NCBI RefSeq assembly: GCF_052425735.1 | Contig: NC_135761.1 | Coordinates: 7,998,001 to 8,062,000, forward strand | From: Oculina patagonica | Lineage: Eukaryota | Direction: 5' to 3' | DNA: 64,000 bases | Shown here: positions 48,799 to 61,200 of the stretch, one piece after another | Layout: each line of letters begins with the position of its first letter | How positions within the stretch are numbered: the first letter of the stretch is position 1 | The notes under the pieces: generated by a model | What the model saw: the letters and a program-made list of their open reading frames with translations, nothing else | What the model was told of the DNA's origin: nothing | Database searches by the model: none | Translations under genes and position numbers: made by a program

Positions 48799-50601
48799 GA
48801 GGTTTCAAAGCCAACAGACCAAACAAGAAAACGAATCTTTTGTTTTTGTACTTATGTCCAACACCGCCTAGTAGTGTACAAGTATCTAGGTTTAGACTGC
48901 GTACAGCACAAAGCATGACTCAAATTCTAAATTTGGAGGAAATGTTTTATTAGACATTTATTGTGAAGTGTCGCTGTACATTTTCACTCGTCATTTGCAT
49001 TAGCGGCGAGAATGGAAAAGTATGACAAGTTTGACTGCCTCAGATTTGACGCGAGTTCCAGACTTTGAAGAAAATATTGCTGCAACATGGAATTTGTGAA
49101 TTTTGGAATTTCTTAATGCAGTATTCCATGAATTCAGTGAATTCATATCAGTGAATTCATAACAGTTTACTAAATAGAAACAAGGCTCCTTTTAGAAGGC
49201 TGTGCTTTAAGCACCATTGTATTGACTTTAATGTGTATATGTGACCTTTTATCGAATGACAAGATAGTTGGTTTATTCTCGAAAATCTCAGAGGCAGTTC
49301 TGGCGTTCGAGCGTTTGACTGAACATGCATAATTTGTAGTACTTTTCTAGTACGCCGATCCATATTACTCAGTATTTTATGTACAGCTTTGCACATTATC
49401 CGTGGCACGGGCCAAATCATTTCTACAGAAAGCAGTTGTCAAAGACTGAAACAACTACTTTTGGAAAAGAAATGACTTTACTTTTTATCCTTAGTGTAGT
49501 TTGTCACCCATTTAAGTGTGACGATAAATCTTTCTAAAGGTTGTATTAAATTAAGCAAGGTCTTGGACCGAAAATCACGAAAGTGAAACCCCATTTCAAG
49601 AATTTCACATTATGTATTGAAATCAAGCTTAAAGCTGTGCTTGGTCATAGAGTCGTAGAATGTAATATTGAACGACTATAAGAGAACATTTAGTAATGTC
49701 TCGCTGATCACAGTTGTTTGTAGTAGGATAAGATTTTAATTTTAAATCCAGTTTTATTAGCTGAAAGTTTTTCGTTTTTACGAATGACTTTCGAATAACG
49801 TTTTTTAGGAAGCCGCTCTTCAAGAAACTCCTGCCTTATCAGAGCAAAGCTTTCTATTTGGCCAGTCAAGTGCAATTTTTTTTCGGTGCTTGCTGCCGCC
49901 CGGTTTCCGTGCTGGGCAATGGTTGCATTTTTTCCCGCGCTTAGCAGTGGCTTACATGGAGTTTCACGCGCTTGACACCGGTTACATGTTTTCCTGCGCT
50001 TGGCATTGGTTACGTGTTCAGTTCCCCGCGCTGATTTTTTAAACAACTAGGCAACGGTCGATCGTAGGGTGGTTTTATTAGAAAATTCTGTAAGGACAGT
50101 TTGCTCATGTCTGTAACTCCTTATTAGACAGATCTATAACTGAGAACAGTTTAATTTGCTTCTATCTAAAACTTTTAAAACGACTTAACCGTTTAGAATG
50201 ATGTACAAACGTATATTGTTAATTGTTCTCTCCAGACTAATGCACATAGTATAAATGTAGTATAAGACTTGTAGATAGAAATAACATATTTAGCTTTTAT
50301 CTGTTGTTGTATTATAAGTAAATAACACAACCTGTAAGAGCAATTTTAAAAAGTATGACTAGAAATTGTAACGTATTCATTTACCACCATATATCCATGA
50401 AATAAACTTTTTCACCTGTTTGATGCATACATACTTTTATTTTGTGACCTTTCTTTCTGCAATTACCTAACATGTTTCCGATGTACACGTGATACAGTGG
50501 GATCCCGATATCTCGAATCTCCAAGGGAAACGAAAATTGGTTTGAGAAATCGGGGGGGGGGGGGGGTGGGGTAAAATAACAGTGTTTGACTTTGTGAAAC
50601 A

Positions 50602-50829
50602 ATAGGCCTTATGCATGATAACGTCATATGCTCAAAATTCACCACCAAGCCTCGTTTACGCGTATTATTCTCAACCCTCTGCCACCTTCATGCAGTTTTC
50701 ACGTGGGTATTCTTTTCAACTTTGCTGCTTTGGGAATTCGTTCATGATAAAATTTACAAGTTTGCGCTTCGAAAGCGAGGCTTGGTGGTGAAACTAGCCA
50801 GTCTGACGTAAACATGCATAAGGGCTATT
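50602..50829. mobile_element. Palindromic MITE
   Basis: ataggccttatgcatg...catgcataagggctat termini; internal inverted pair tcaccaccaagcctcg / cgaggcttggtggtga. Confidence 0.7.
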
Positions 50830-51108
50830 GTAAGGTAAATTGTTTAGGAAACCCGGCAAACATCGAAGGAACAAACAAAGAGGCCACGATTTATGTTGGA
50901 AGGTCCACGACCCTGCACATCTTTTGATTTGCGCTCATACACTATGCATGAATTACGTTATCGCAGTGTTTTTATTGGCTGGTTGCATGAACCACGTAAC
51001 CAGCTATTGTATTTTGTCAGGTTTTGTGTAGGGTCTACCCCCAAAATAGAGAACAAAAGCATATACAGCAAAGACCTTTACCGGGCTTCCTCCTAACCAT
51101 TTCCCTCT

Positions 51109-51243
51109 ATAGAGTGTGTCCATGGCGGCCATATTGGAGGAGTTAAACAATGGAATGATTTTCCTTTGGAAAAAAAATCATTTTTATGCAAATATCTTTT
51201 AATGTTTCACTCCTCCAACATGGTTGCCATGAAAACACTCTAT
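51109..51243. mobile_element. Short palindromic MITE
   Basis: atagagtg...catggcggccatattggagg / cctccaacatggttgccatg...cactctat. Confidence 0.7.
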
Positions 51244-51330
51244 TAACTATGCTGGGAGGCTCGAGGAAAGGGGATTCCGCTCACTGTATTTATTGAATTA
51301 TCTCCTGTCTTTCATGTTTGTCACGACGAT

Positions 51331-54185
51331 TCATTCGTTATCGATGGACGAAACTTTTTTAATCTTCTGAGCAAAGTCGGTAAGCATCGAATGGACCTCG
51401 CTCCAATGTTCTTGACCTTTGACCCTGACGAGCCACTCCGAGAGCCTGGGCCATAGTGTAAAGTCAAATTCGACACACTCAGCTTGGCACAAGATGGTCG
51501 CCACATAACTGTCAGCTACTGTTAGTTCAGATCCACACAAGAAAGGTTTCTCTCCAAGATAGAAGTTCTCTATGGTCTCTAAAAGTTCACTCGCCTGTGC
51601 GAGTCCTTTCTCTACTAGTTCTTCCGTGCCGACCTCGCACGAAAGGTGGTATCTTTCCAGCAACTGAGGATACACGAATTTGTAGCCCAGCACACTGTAA
51701 ATTAAGACAAAGTATGGTCAGTATGCAGAACAACTATTGGTCACATCATCGTCATCATCATCATCATTTCTTTTCACCCAACTGGGAAACAGTCAGAAAT
51801 TTATAGACCAAATCCAAAGTTAATTTTGTCTAAAACTGACTTCCCTCTGCACGTTAATTGCCACTTTTTTGCATGTATGGTAAGCCAATCAGTCTTAAAA
51901 GATAAAAACATTTTCCAACTGCACACCATTTGAGACTGGGTCTATATATGTACTATGCATTACAAAAAGTTATTCTGCCAGGGCCTGAGAAAACGAAAAT
52001 GGGTAAATTCAGAACAACTCAGCTCTCTCAAATAAGTGGTCAAAGTATGAGGACTGACTCAGTGCATTCGCTATCTCAAGGCACCAGAGAGCCAACAACA
52101 GTTAATCATATTTACACTGTGTAAGATTCATGGTTACTCCACTCACTTAGAATATTGTGCTCACTGAGCGCTTTGATAGCTTTTGACGTCACCTGTCCAA
52201 AGCGAGCATATTTTCAAACCTCTACTATTCCCAGTCTCCTCCGCCCTGTTTTCGCGCATTTTCGTCCGTTCTCCACAACTACAAGCAGGACAAATAAGGG
52301 CTTCGTGTGGAATAACGCCCCTACTGTAACCTTCAATGGCCAGCTATTCTCTCCAGCGAAGAGCGTTCTTTTACAAACTTCTCGCTGGCCAACCCTTTGC
52401 GCAAATACGCTGATTGCAAATCTACCGTTTTTACTTTTGAGAGGGTATGATTCTTACTTCAATAACTTGGAACTCGCCCAGTCTAAAACAGAATGAACTC
52501 TGTACCGATCCTCGGGCGCCTTTCCCCAGCCGGCAAAGTTCGTGTACTTCTGAGATATGTAACGTAATATCGCTAACCTAACGAGAAAAATAAGTACAAA
52601 GTTACTTAACCTTATGCATGAAAACTATTTTTATAAAAAAAGAGATTACTACTTGATCAGAGGCAAATTGACGCGTAATTAGAATATAGAAAATCGTCAA
52701 TAGGTCTCTTATTGCATCAGGAAATTTCATTGATAATATCTGCTATCAGTTTAAAGTTTTATTTCCCTTTTACTTGTACAATAAAAAAAATGTTGCTATA
52801 GAATTGTAAAATAAAGAGTAGCGCAGTTATTGTAAAAAAGTGAATAACCTCTCAGCAAGAAACATTTTTAAAGTGATTCCATTTGGGTTAAACAAACCTA
52901 TTTTTAGCCTCAATTATCATTTTCCGCTTTGTCTGTTACAGCCGACTAATCAAAGGGACATATTTTGGTAAAACAACTGAGAAATTAATTACTGGAAAAA
53001 ACAAGTATGTAAATTAGTTGCTTGAAGGCGTAGCTCGAAAAAAAATAAGAATGATCGGAAACAAACCCTCCAAAAACTGTCGTGCTCCCGTCGGCCAGTA
53101 TCGGAACCTCTTCGTGCGGATTCATCGCCACGAACTTCGGCTCACGGTGCTCCCCGTTGAAAACTTTGACGTCCGTTAATTCGCAAGGTATATTGTGCTG
53201 AATAAACATGAATACAAATAGGATTAATATGTGCGCTGTTTGCAGCACACAGACAATGAAAACAAAGAATTGAAAATGACGAGGTTCTGTAAAGAGATGT
53301 GTCAGAAAAAAGTGTGAACTGTATTAAAATTTTGCTGGTAATCACTTTCGATAGCGTGGTTAACGCTTTATCTAGGTGAAGATTTTGTGGTAATTATTGT
53401 TACTTGGCAAAAAGAATTTGGCTCTTTTTGTAATTCCCTCCAGGCCACTCGTAAATGAACCGTGAACTGAGTACTGTGAAATTCATATTGAATACTACTT
53501 GAAAACTGAAATAATTCATTCAGAAAACCTTGAAAGTAACTATAGTGGCACACGAAAAGCCATGCAGTGTTTCCACTGATCCCATGCTGTTCAAATTCCG
53601 TTCGCGGCTGTAAGACCGTTCTTTGGAAAAATTGAGAGCCACTACATGTACTGTGTAATTGTTTTAGCAGCTTGAAAACATGAAATGAATAAAGCGCATT
53701 AGCGGCGAAAGCCGGTATCGATAAGTTTATAAAGATGCAAAAGATTATACTGAAACTGGCTCCATTTGCAAGTTTCTTTCAAGTTAATGTTATTAACTAG
53801 GGACAGAGTTCGGTTCTGTGTCTAGCAGTTGAAAAACAGAAAAAATAAGGCAAAGCCCGTGAGTATTGTTATGGATTTCTTAGATTCTTCCAAAACACCT
53901 CGCATGTTTCCTAGTTACACAAACCAAAACGAAATTTTGATAAAATCTCATCAGTGCGCGCGGGTAATAATCATTGATGGTAAAATTTAGCTTGTTTTCT
54001 TTTCGTCGTAAATAATATCTTAACAATTGCCCTATGATTTACAAAGCGAAAGCTACATAAAGTCGAGCAATATTGAATATGGGATCCCTTACCTGTAGTG
54101 CGTATAACCAAACAATGCGACAACACGGCGAAACTCGCACAATATAAAGTTGCAGTGGTGTTTTGGAGTCCGTTTTCCCCGACAT
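51331..54185 (-). CDS. Glutathione S-transferase, theta/delta-like (~235 aa), 4 exons: 54185-54093, 53197-53067, 52577-52458, 51694-51331
   Basis: LQLY..SPCCRIV, GEH..PKFVAMNPHEEVP.L.DG, AILRYI, FLCGSELTVAD (N-cap box), WPRLSEWLVRV. GT-AG junctions are phase-consistent. Confidence 0.9.
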
Positions 54186-54707
54186 TGTAACAGCCAGCTA
54201 GTCGGGGAGGTATTTCAAACTGAGAATTTCACATCGTATAGTTCTATTTCCGTGCAGATGGTAAGCGGCGACCGAAAACGGAAGTTGTTAAGAACGCATT
54301 TTAAATACACGTCATATCCATGCACCATTACTCGCGCCATTTGAATAATTTAAACGGCGCGAACTGTCGGTTTGGTCAATTTTGAAGTTTCATTCATTCC
54401 GCATACTACCAAATATTTACTTTTAAGCACTTTTTAGGAGATGGATTCTATTTGGAAGTCTTGTTAATTCAAAAAATAAATACCATTTCGCGGTTATACT
54501 GAAAAACAATCTACTTTCTAAATTTTCAGGTACATATTTGTTGAGTCATTCTTATTGCCAGTAATTGAATAATTCCATTCACCTGGCATATTTAAAGCAA
54601 ACATGGATAAAATTACATAAGAATGGAATATAAATTCATGTCTATTTTTTTAAAGGAACGAAAACATTCTAGTTTATTTTTAGATGTGTTTTGTTTTAAT
54701 TAAATGT

Positions 54708-54819
54708 TAAACCAAATGCAAGGTTGATTAGACAGCTAAAAAGGCTAAATAAATGTTATTTTATTTTTTGAAATTGATTTAGCGTTTTTAGCTGTCCGAT
54801 CAGCCTTGCATTTGGTTTT
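54708..54819. repeat. Imperfect inverted repeat (MITE-like) in the divergent promoter
   Basis: aaaccaaatgcaaggttgattagacagctaaaaaggctaaa / tttagcgtttttagctgtccgatcagccttgcatttggttt. Confidence 0.75.
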
Positions 54820-55157
54820 ATTTAATATTGCTGATCCTGATCTACGCCAAGATCCGGCTTCACTTCACTGCTGTTTGTACAAGTGGTCCTTAATTGCATT
54901 ATTCCAGAGGTACCTTTGTTTTAATACATTGAAATATATCAGTCAAATCCAAATTCCCCCCCCCCCCCCCCCTTCGCCCCCCAAATCATTTGACTTTTTT
55001 GAGAATTTTTGGTGAAATTCTCCCCTTTGTTCGGAGTTTATACGGTCAAATACCCCACGATACCCCACTGGTTAGGGCTTTCGCGCAGTCCGCTTGCAGA
55101 GAGACTGGAAACGAATCACAAGTGATGACGCGCAAAGTCTGGGTACTAGTTTTCATT

Positions 55158-55171
55158 GTCGCAACGGTTAC
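55158..55171. promoter_or_regulatory. RFX X-box-like motif upstream of TSNAXIP1
   Basis: gtcgcaacggttac (reverse complement GTAACC-GT-TGCGAC) resembles GTNRCC-N-RGYAAC and lies ~85 bp before the ATG of a cilia/flagella-associated gene. Confidence 0.55.
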
Positions 55172-55254
55172 CAAGTCAACAAAACAAAATGGCCGAAGAG
55201 ATTGCAAGTTGACCCAGACAAAATAGTGAATCGAATTTTATACCAAACAGACCC

Positions 55255-58200
55255 ATGTCTCACACAAAGCTTCCCCCACTTCCACCGTAAGTATATTTAA
55301 CTGATATCTGCTCTAGCTGTATCCTGCGATTAAGCCCTAGCTTTCGTTTCGCAAGATGCTAAAAGGTTTAAAATCGTGATTGCATTGGTACGGTCCGACA
55401 GGCGAGAGTCCGCCCGAAAAGAAAAGCAACAGCGATTAGGCATGATTGCTTGCTGATATTTGGGTCCTTGATCAGGTCTACAGTTATCGTAAAAAATACT
55501 TTGAAACCCCTGAAGAAACTAGATACATGTACACATTCGAGTTAGCCTTTTACTTTTACCTACTAAATTGCCTGTCTTGAACAAGACTACAAATAACGAA
55601 ATTACATGTACAATATGCGATGGCATAGTTGACAATCTATCTTGTTATTGCTTGTAGTTTTATTACAAATGTAGTCCCTTAAAGGTTTCTACGGCTTAAC
55701 TTAAAGACACTATTACCTGTATTGTGTCGTAGAATTCCGACCCTACATGTAGTTGTTTTTTATATCAAAATATTGTAATAATTTTGTAAAATTTACAATT
55801 AGGATGGACCTATAAATTCATTGCATTGTATTGCACCTTTCTTAAACAGAATCTAGTTGTTCTTTGCGTGTTCTTAGCTTTTTCCCAGGTTCTTTGGTCG
55901 GCTTTCCTTACTTTTAAGGGACTCGTGCTATATAGGGAAAACAACTGTCTAAATTCACGCGCAAAATGGCAAATTAACTGTTAAGCGATGTACGCGCAAA
56001 TGACAAATTTATTGAAAAAACGCACCATGTTCTTCAGTTTGCTTGCGGTTAGTTCCACTCCGGTTTGCTCGCGGTTAGTACCACTCCAGTTTGCTTGCGG
56101 TTAGCTTTCATTTGTTAGTAAGGGCGGCACTTTTTTTAAATTGATAACTGTATCACTAGCGTAGTACTACTTTTGTTTACGCCATTTTGCGCGTGCATTT
56201 AGACGGTTGTTTTTTCTATATAGCGCAAGTCCCTTAAAAGTAAGGAAAGCCCTTTGGTCTTCAAACTTGTGAGTTCACAAACAACAACAGCAATGAAACT
56301 TCCAAGAATTCTGTTTGAATCGTAACTGATACTTATGCATTGTATTGATCGTCCATTTTATAAAAGGAGCTACAGTAAGATGTTGAAAAGTTGAGCCTAG
56401 ATATTCAAATTTGTCCTTTTATCAACTATCAGTACCTATTAGTTTGAGATTTGCTCTGATTGGAAGGTTTTATACACATCATTTGCAAAAATCATATTGA
56501 GACATAATATTTGTTTATTAAATATTTTAAAAAAAGTTTTAGACTAGTTTATTTACATAATTAGATCAGTTTTGTAATTTGCCACCTGTAGCTTATTAAT
56601 TACCGGTAATTGTTCCTTTATTTTCTTGTAGTTCCCTAACAACATATCCTCAAACTAACACCAAAGCTGTAAAACAATACACTGGACTAAGTGGCCCAAG
56701 TTACAGCCTCAGTGGTCCATCAGGAACACAAAAGTATGCGCTTCCATCAGCTGCTGTACTGCAGGTACTCAGATTTCTCTTTCTCTGGCTTTTGAAGCTA
56801 CTCCCAAGTGCCCCTCCCTTCCCCCTGGGGAGGGGGTACTTGGAATGTTTTTATATGCCACGCTCTGCCTCGAGGTCTAAACCCTTCCCCTTCCATATAA
56901 CTCTTTTGACAGAATTTAAAATTAATGTAACCCTTTCATATACCTTCGATAGGAAAATGGTACCCCTTGCATATTTAACCTACAGTACTTAGGGAAACTG
57001 CATCTCTTTTCTGAATTTTTCACTTTAATAAATGAATCTTACGTTTGATATTTTGAAAGTTTCTTAAATTAAATATCTAAATGACAGTTTTTTTCTTCCC
57101 TTTTGTCTACTATGGCCTATGAAAACTCTACCCTCTTATTCACTTACCAGCAGCCTGAAAAAGGTACCCCTTACAGGTAGAGCCTCCCTGTATAGTCCAC
57201 TATAAGGAGTACATCCCATCCCCCCTCCCTTCCAGGTAGAGCCTCCCTGTATAGTCCACTATAAGGAGTACATCCCATCCCCCTCCCTCCAGGTAGAGCC
57301 TCCCTGATAGTCCACAAGGAGTACACCCCATCCCCCTCCCTCCAGGTAGAGCCTCCCGTATAGTCCACAGGAGTACATCCCATCCCCCTCCCTCCAGGAG
57401 AGCCTCCCTGATAGTCCACTAAAGGAGTACATCCCACCCCCCCCTCCAGGTAGAGCCCCCGATAGTCCACTATAAGGAGTACACCCCATCCCCCCCCTCC
57501 AGGAGAGCCTCCCTGATAGTCCACAAAGGAGTACATCCCATCCCCCTCCCTTCCAGGTAGAGCCTCCCTGATAGTCCACAAAGGAGTACACCCCATCCCC
57601 CCTCCCTTCCAGGTAGAGCCTCCCTGATAGTCCACAAAGGAGACATCCCATCCCCCTCCCTTCCAGGTAGAGCCTCCCTGTATAGTCCACTATAAGGAGT
57701 ACATCCCATCCCCCCTCCCTTCCAGGTAGAGCCTCCCTGTATAGTCCACTATAGGGAGTACACCCCACCTCCAGCGCTGGTTTTGAAATATCCATTTGAA
57801 AGGCAAAAGAGCTATCTGGATTTTTATTATTTTTTTTCCTTGTCTTGTAGCCTTATATAGACACAAGAGCAGGCACCTTGGACACATGGCCAGCACATGC
57901 CCTTGGTCCCAGTGCCCCAGATCTCAACCCAGGAGCAGCCAAACAAACAAATGAGTTCATGCCAAAGGGAGTCCATAAGCCAAAGTTTCTGGAGCAACTG
58001 GAAGCTTTCTTACAAAAAGAGCTGCGCTCCTTAGATTGTGCTGAGATGGTTCCAAGTGAAAAGAGATTGCAGGTTAGTTTTGCAGTGAACTCATTTTTAA
58101 AGCCAGTGGTTATTATAATTATAGTAAATTAACTTCTTAGTGAAGGGGGTCATAGGGTGGCAGCCTGGGAGATTAGGGGGCGGACGGGGTACAGGAGGTG

Positions 58201-61200
58201 GGGCAAGAGAGGGCGTGGAGCGGGATTCTCAAGATGTTGGGAATCCGGAGAAATAGAGAAAAGTTTGCAACATTTCGTAATATTAATATTTACAATAGGA
58301 ATAGCACTTGTAAAGAGGTGGAAACCACTAAGGAATGGGGCAGGAATTGGGAGAATAAGGTACATGAAGCAGGAGATTCTAACTCTCTGTTTCTCCCCTG
58401 CCTCCGTTTCATATAATGAGTCAACTTTGATAGAAGGTAATGTGCAGAATTTGTTGTCTGGACAGCAGACAGATTTATGAACTTCACTTCACTTGTCCCC
58501 TGGCGCCAAGTTGGCGCATAGGGCCTCCACATGTGCTCTCCATCGATTCCTGTCTTGTGCTGCAGTGCGCACCTCTCTCCAGGACTGCCACCCTGCATTG
58601 GACCTCTCCTTTTCTACTGTGCGCCGCCAGGTTGTTTTTGGCCTGCCTCTCTTTCTCTTTCCCTCTGGGGTCCATGTCAGGGCTGTAACACAGTCATTGT
58701 CAGGTTGTTGTCTGAGGATGTGTCCAATGAATCGCCATCTCCTTCTTCTTACCTCTTCACTCAACCTCTCCACGTTAGCCCTTTCCAGTAGCTCTCTATT
58801 ACTAATCTTATCTTGCCATTTAATCTTCATTATCCTCCTCAGGCATCGGTTCTGAAACACATCGATTTTCTTAGCATCACCTTCGTTCATTTTCCATGTT
58901 TCGCAACCATACATGAGAACTGGTTTGACCAATGTTTTGTATAGCCTGATGTTCGTCTTCCTCGACACACTGCTGGAATTCCATACTCGATTTAGCTTCA
59001 CAAATGCTCCCCTCGCTTTCCCTAGCCTAGCCTTGATGTCTTCTTCTCCGCCCCCTTGTTTACATACTGTGGCTACTAGATAGATAAACTTCCCTACATC
59101 TTCCAACGCCAGACCAGATTTATGAACTACCGGTAGGTTAATCCAAGAGTGGATATAGCCTGGCACAAAAAAATATTTATCTTTGCTTTCTTCTCAGGCT
59201 TTTAGGGAAGTATTTGAGTATCTGATAGAGGACTTCAAAACTTACAAGCCTCTGCTGTCAGCAATAAAGCATGAATATGAGATGATGCTGGTTCATCAAA
59301 GAGAAAAGATCCGAGAATTGGAGCCTTTGAAGGTAATGTATATAAGAAATATAAAAAATAGGTACACCGCGGCAAAAAATTAAAAGAACTATGCATGTAT
59401 ATATAGCTGGCTACTAGAACAAAACGGTCACATTTTGTGCATGAGCTGATTATTGTAAAGCTACACAGAAGTCAAAAAATTCATCCACTCAGAGGGAAGT
59501 GCCCTTTTTCATGTAAAAAGACATAAATGGTCATAAATTGATTTTGTGGTGTACACAAACCATGCATTTAGATGTTCATCCACACATCACAAGAGTAAGG
59601 TCAGTAGAAAATGTTTGCAGTAAACAAAGAAATGGGTTCTTACAATGTATATTGATGGGTGTTCTTCTTTTCAGAGCATGTTAGTCACAGTATCTGAACA
59701 GTGTGAGAAGAAACTCTTAGCTGTTAAACAGGAAGAAAAATCAGGTATGTACCTTATTCTCACTAAATTTCGCGAGTACTTAATTTCACGAAAAATCAAG
59801 AGCCATATTTCGCGAGTACTTAATTTCGCGATTTGGAGAGGAAGGTACAATTGGAGTGTATTAAATTTCGCGATTTTTATCTATTCTTCAATATGAAGCT
59901 TTGACCTGGAAACTGTAACAACATAATTAATATGAAAGTCATCATAAAAACAGCAAACAAAACAATATACACATAAAAAAACAAGGTATTCAACAGTCAT
60001 CTACGACTGCAAGAGCGAGATTTTGAAGAACTTGGCAGCAGAAAATATTGGACAAAATTAAACAAAAAACTCCTAAACATGAAGCTCAGACATGTTAGAA
60101 TAACTATGATAAAACACATCGAGTTTCATTATTTTTTTTTATATTATCCGTACGATATTAAATTTCGCGATTATAAACTTCGCGTGTCCTTTATTTCGCG
60201 AGTATTAAATTTCGCGATTCTTTCTAAATCGCGAAAATCGCGAAATTTAGTACTCGCGAAATTAAGTGAGAATAAGGTAAACAGATTTATCTGTGAGCAG
60301 GTTTACTACTGAAACAGTTATGCAATTTTTCACAATACACAGAATGATTTCATTATTATTTTGCAATTGGTGAGCTGCTTGTTTTTGCTGTGTCGTATTT
60401 TCCTCCCACTGAGGAACTGATGAACAGTTTGTCTTTTAACTTTCAGACATGCTAGAGATGAGGAAAGAGAATCAAAGACTACAAAACATAATATCAAAAC
60501 TAAGGTAATCTACCACTTATATATACACTTACCTACAGGTGATAACGAGGGACAAAGAACAGATGGACTACATGTACCTCTTTTCAATCTAACTTTCCTG
60601 AACCCATGCAATCCTTTTAAAGTTAAAAAATGGATGAGTAACCAGAGTACATGTAAGTCATAATAAGATTTTTTAAAACGTATTCTGGTTAAAAATTAAA
60701 AGATAAATGAGCTTTCGACTGCCAGTCTGCAATCTTTGACCTTTTAAAGTTTTGACTTTTTTTACTTTTTGACTTTTTAAAGTTAATTGCAACAAAATTG
60801 AAAAAATTGATACACTCGACTTGTTGCTTGTAATGTAGCAGTAGATTTGTCAACAGCCTCAAAATAAAGTAAATTAATTCTGAATGATTGGTATTTTTAG
60901 AGAGGAACAAGTTTCCCTTCAAGTCCAAGTAGAAAAGGTAATCTAGAATGTGTTTTTGTTGTTTTTTTTTTACTTGGAGACTGTTAATTACAGTAGAATA
61001 CCTATTGCTTTCAGTTTTTTTGGCAGCTAGCGTGGGCCAAACAAGATAAAGTTGTCAACGATTCTGAAAGAAAAATTTGAGTTGGTTCAAATCCGAGAGA
61101 GCGTGCGAGAGATCCTAGCCTGCGAACGTATTACCGGCCTAAGCCCGCGTAAGCCTTTAGACGTCTTCCTCTGGTCGTGCGCTCCCGAGTAATGACGTGC

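Noticed and set aside
57171-57896. Gly-rich ORFs of 68-178 aa
   Set aside because: They are translations of the minisatellite, antisense within a TSNAXIP1 intron.
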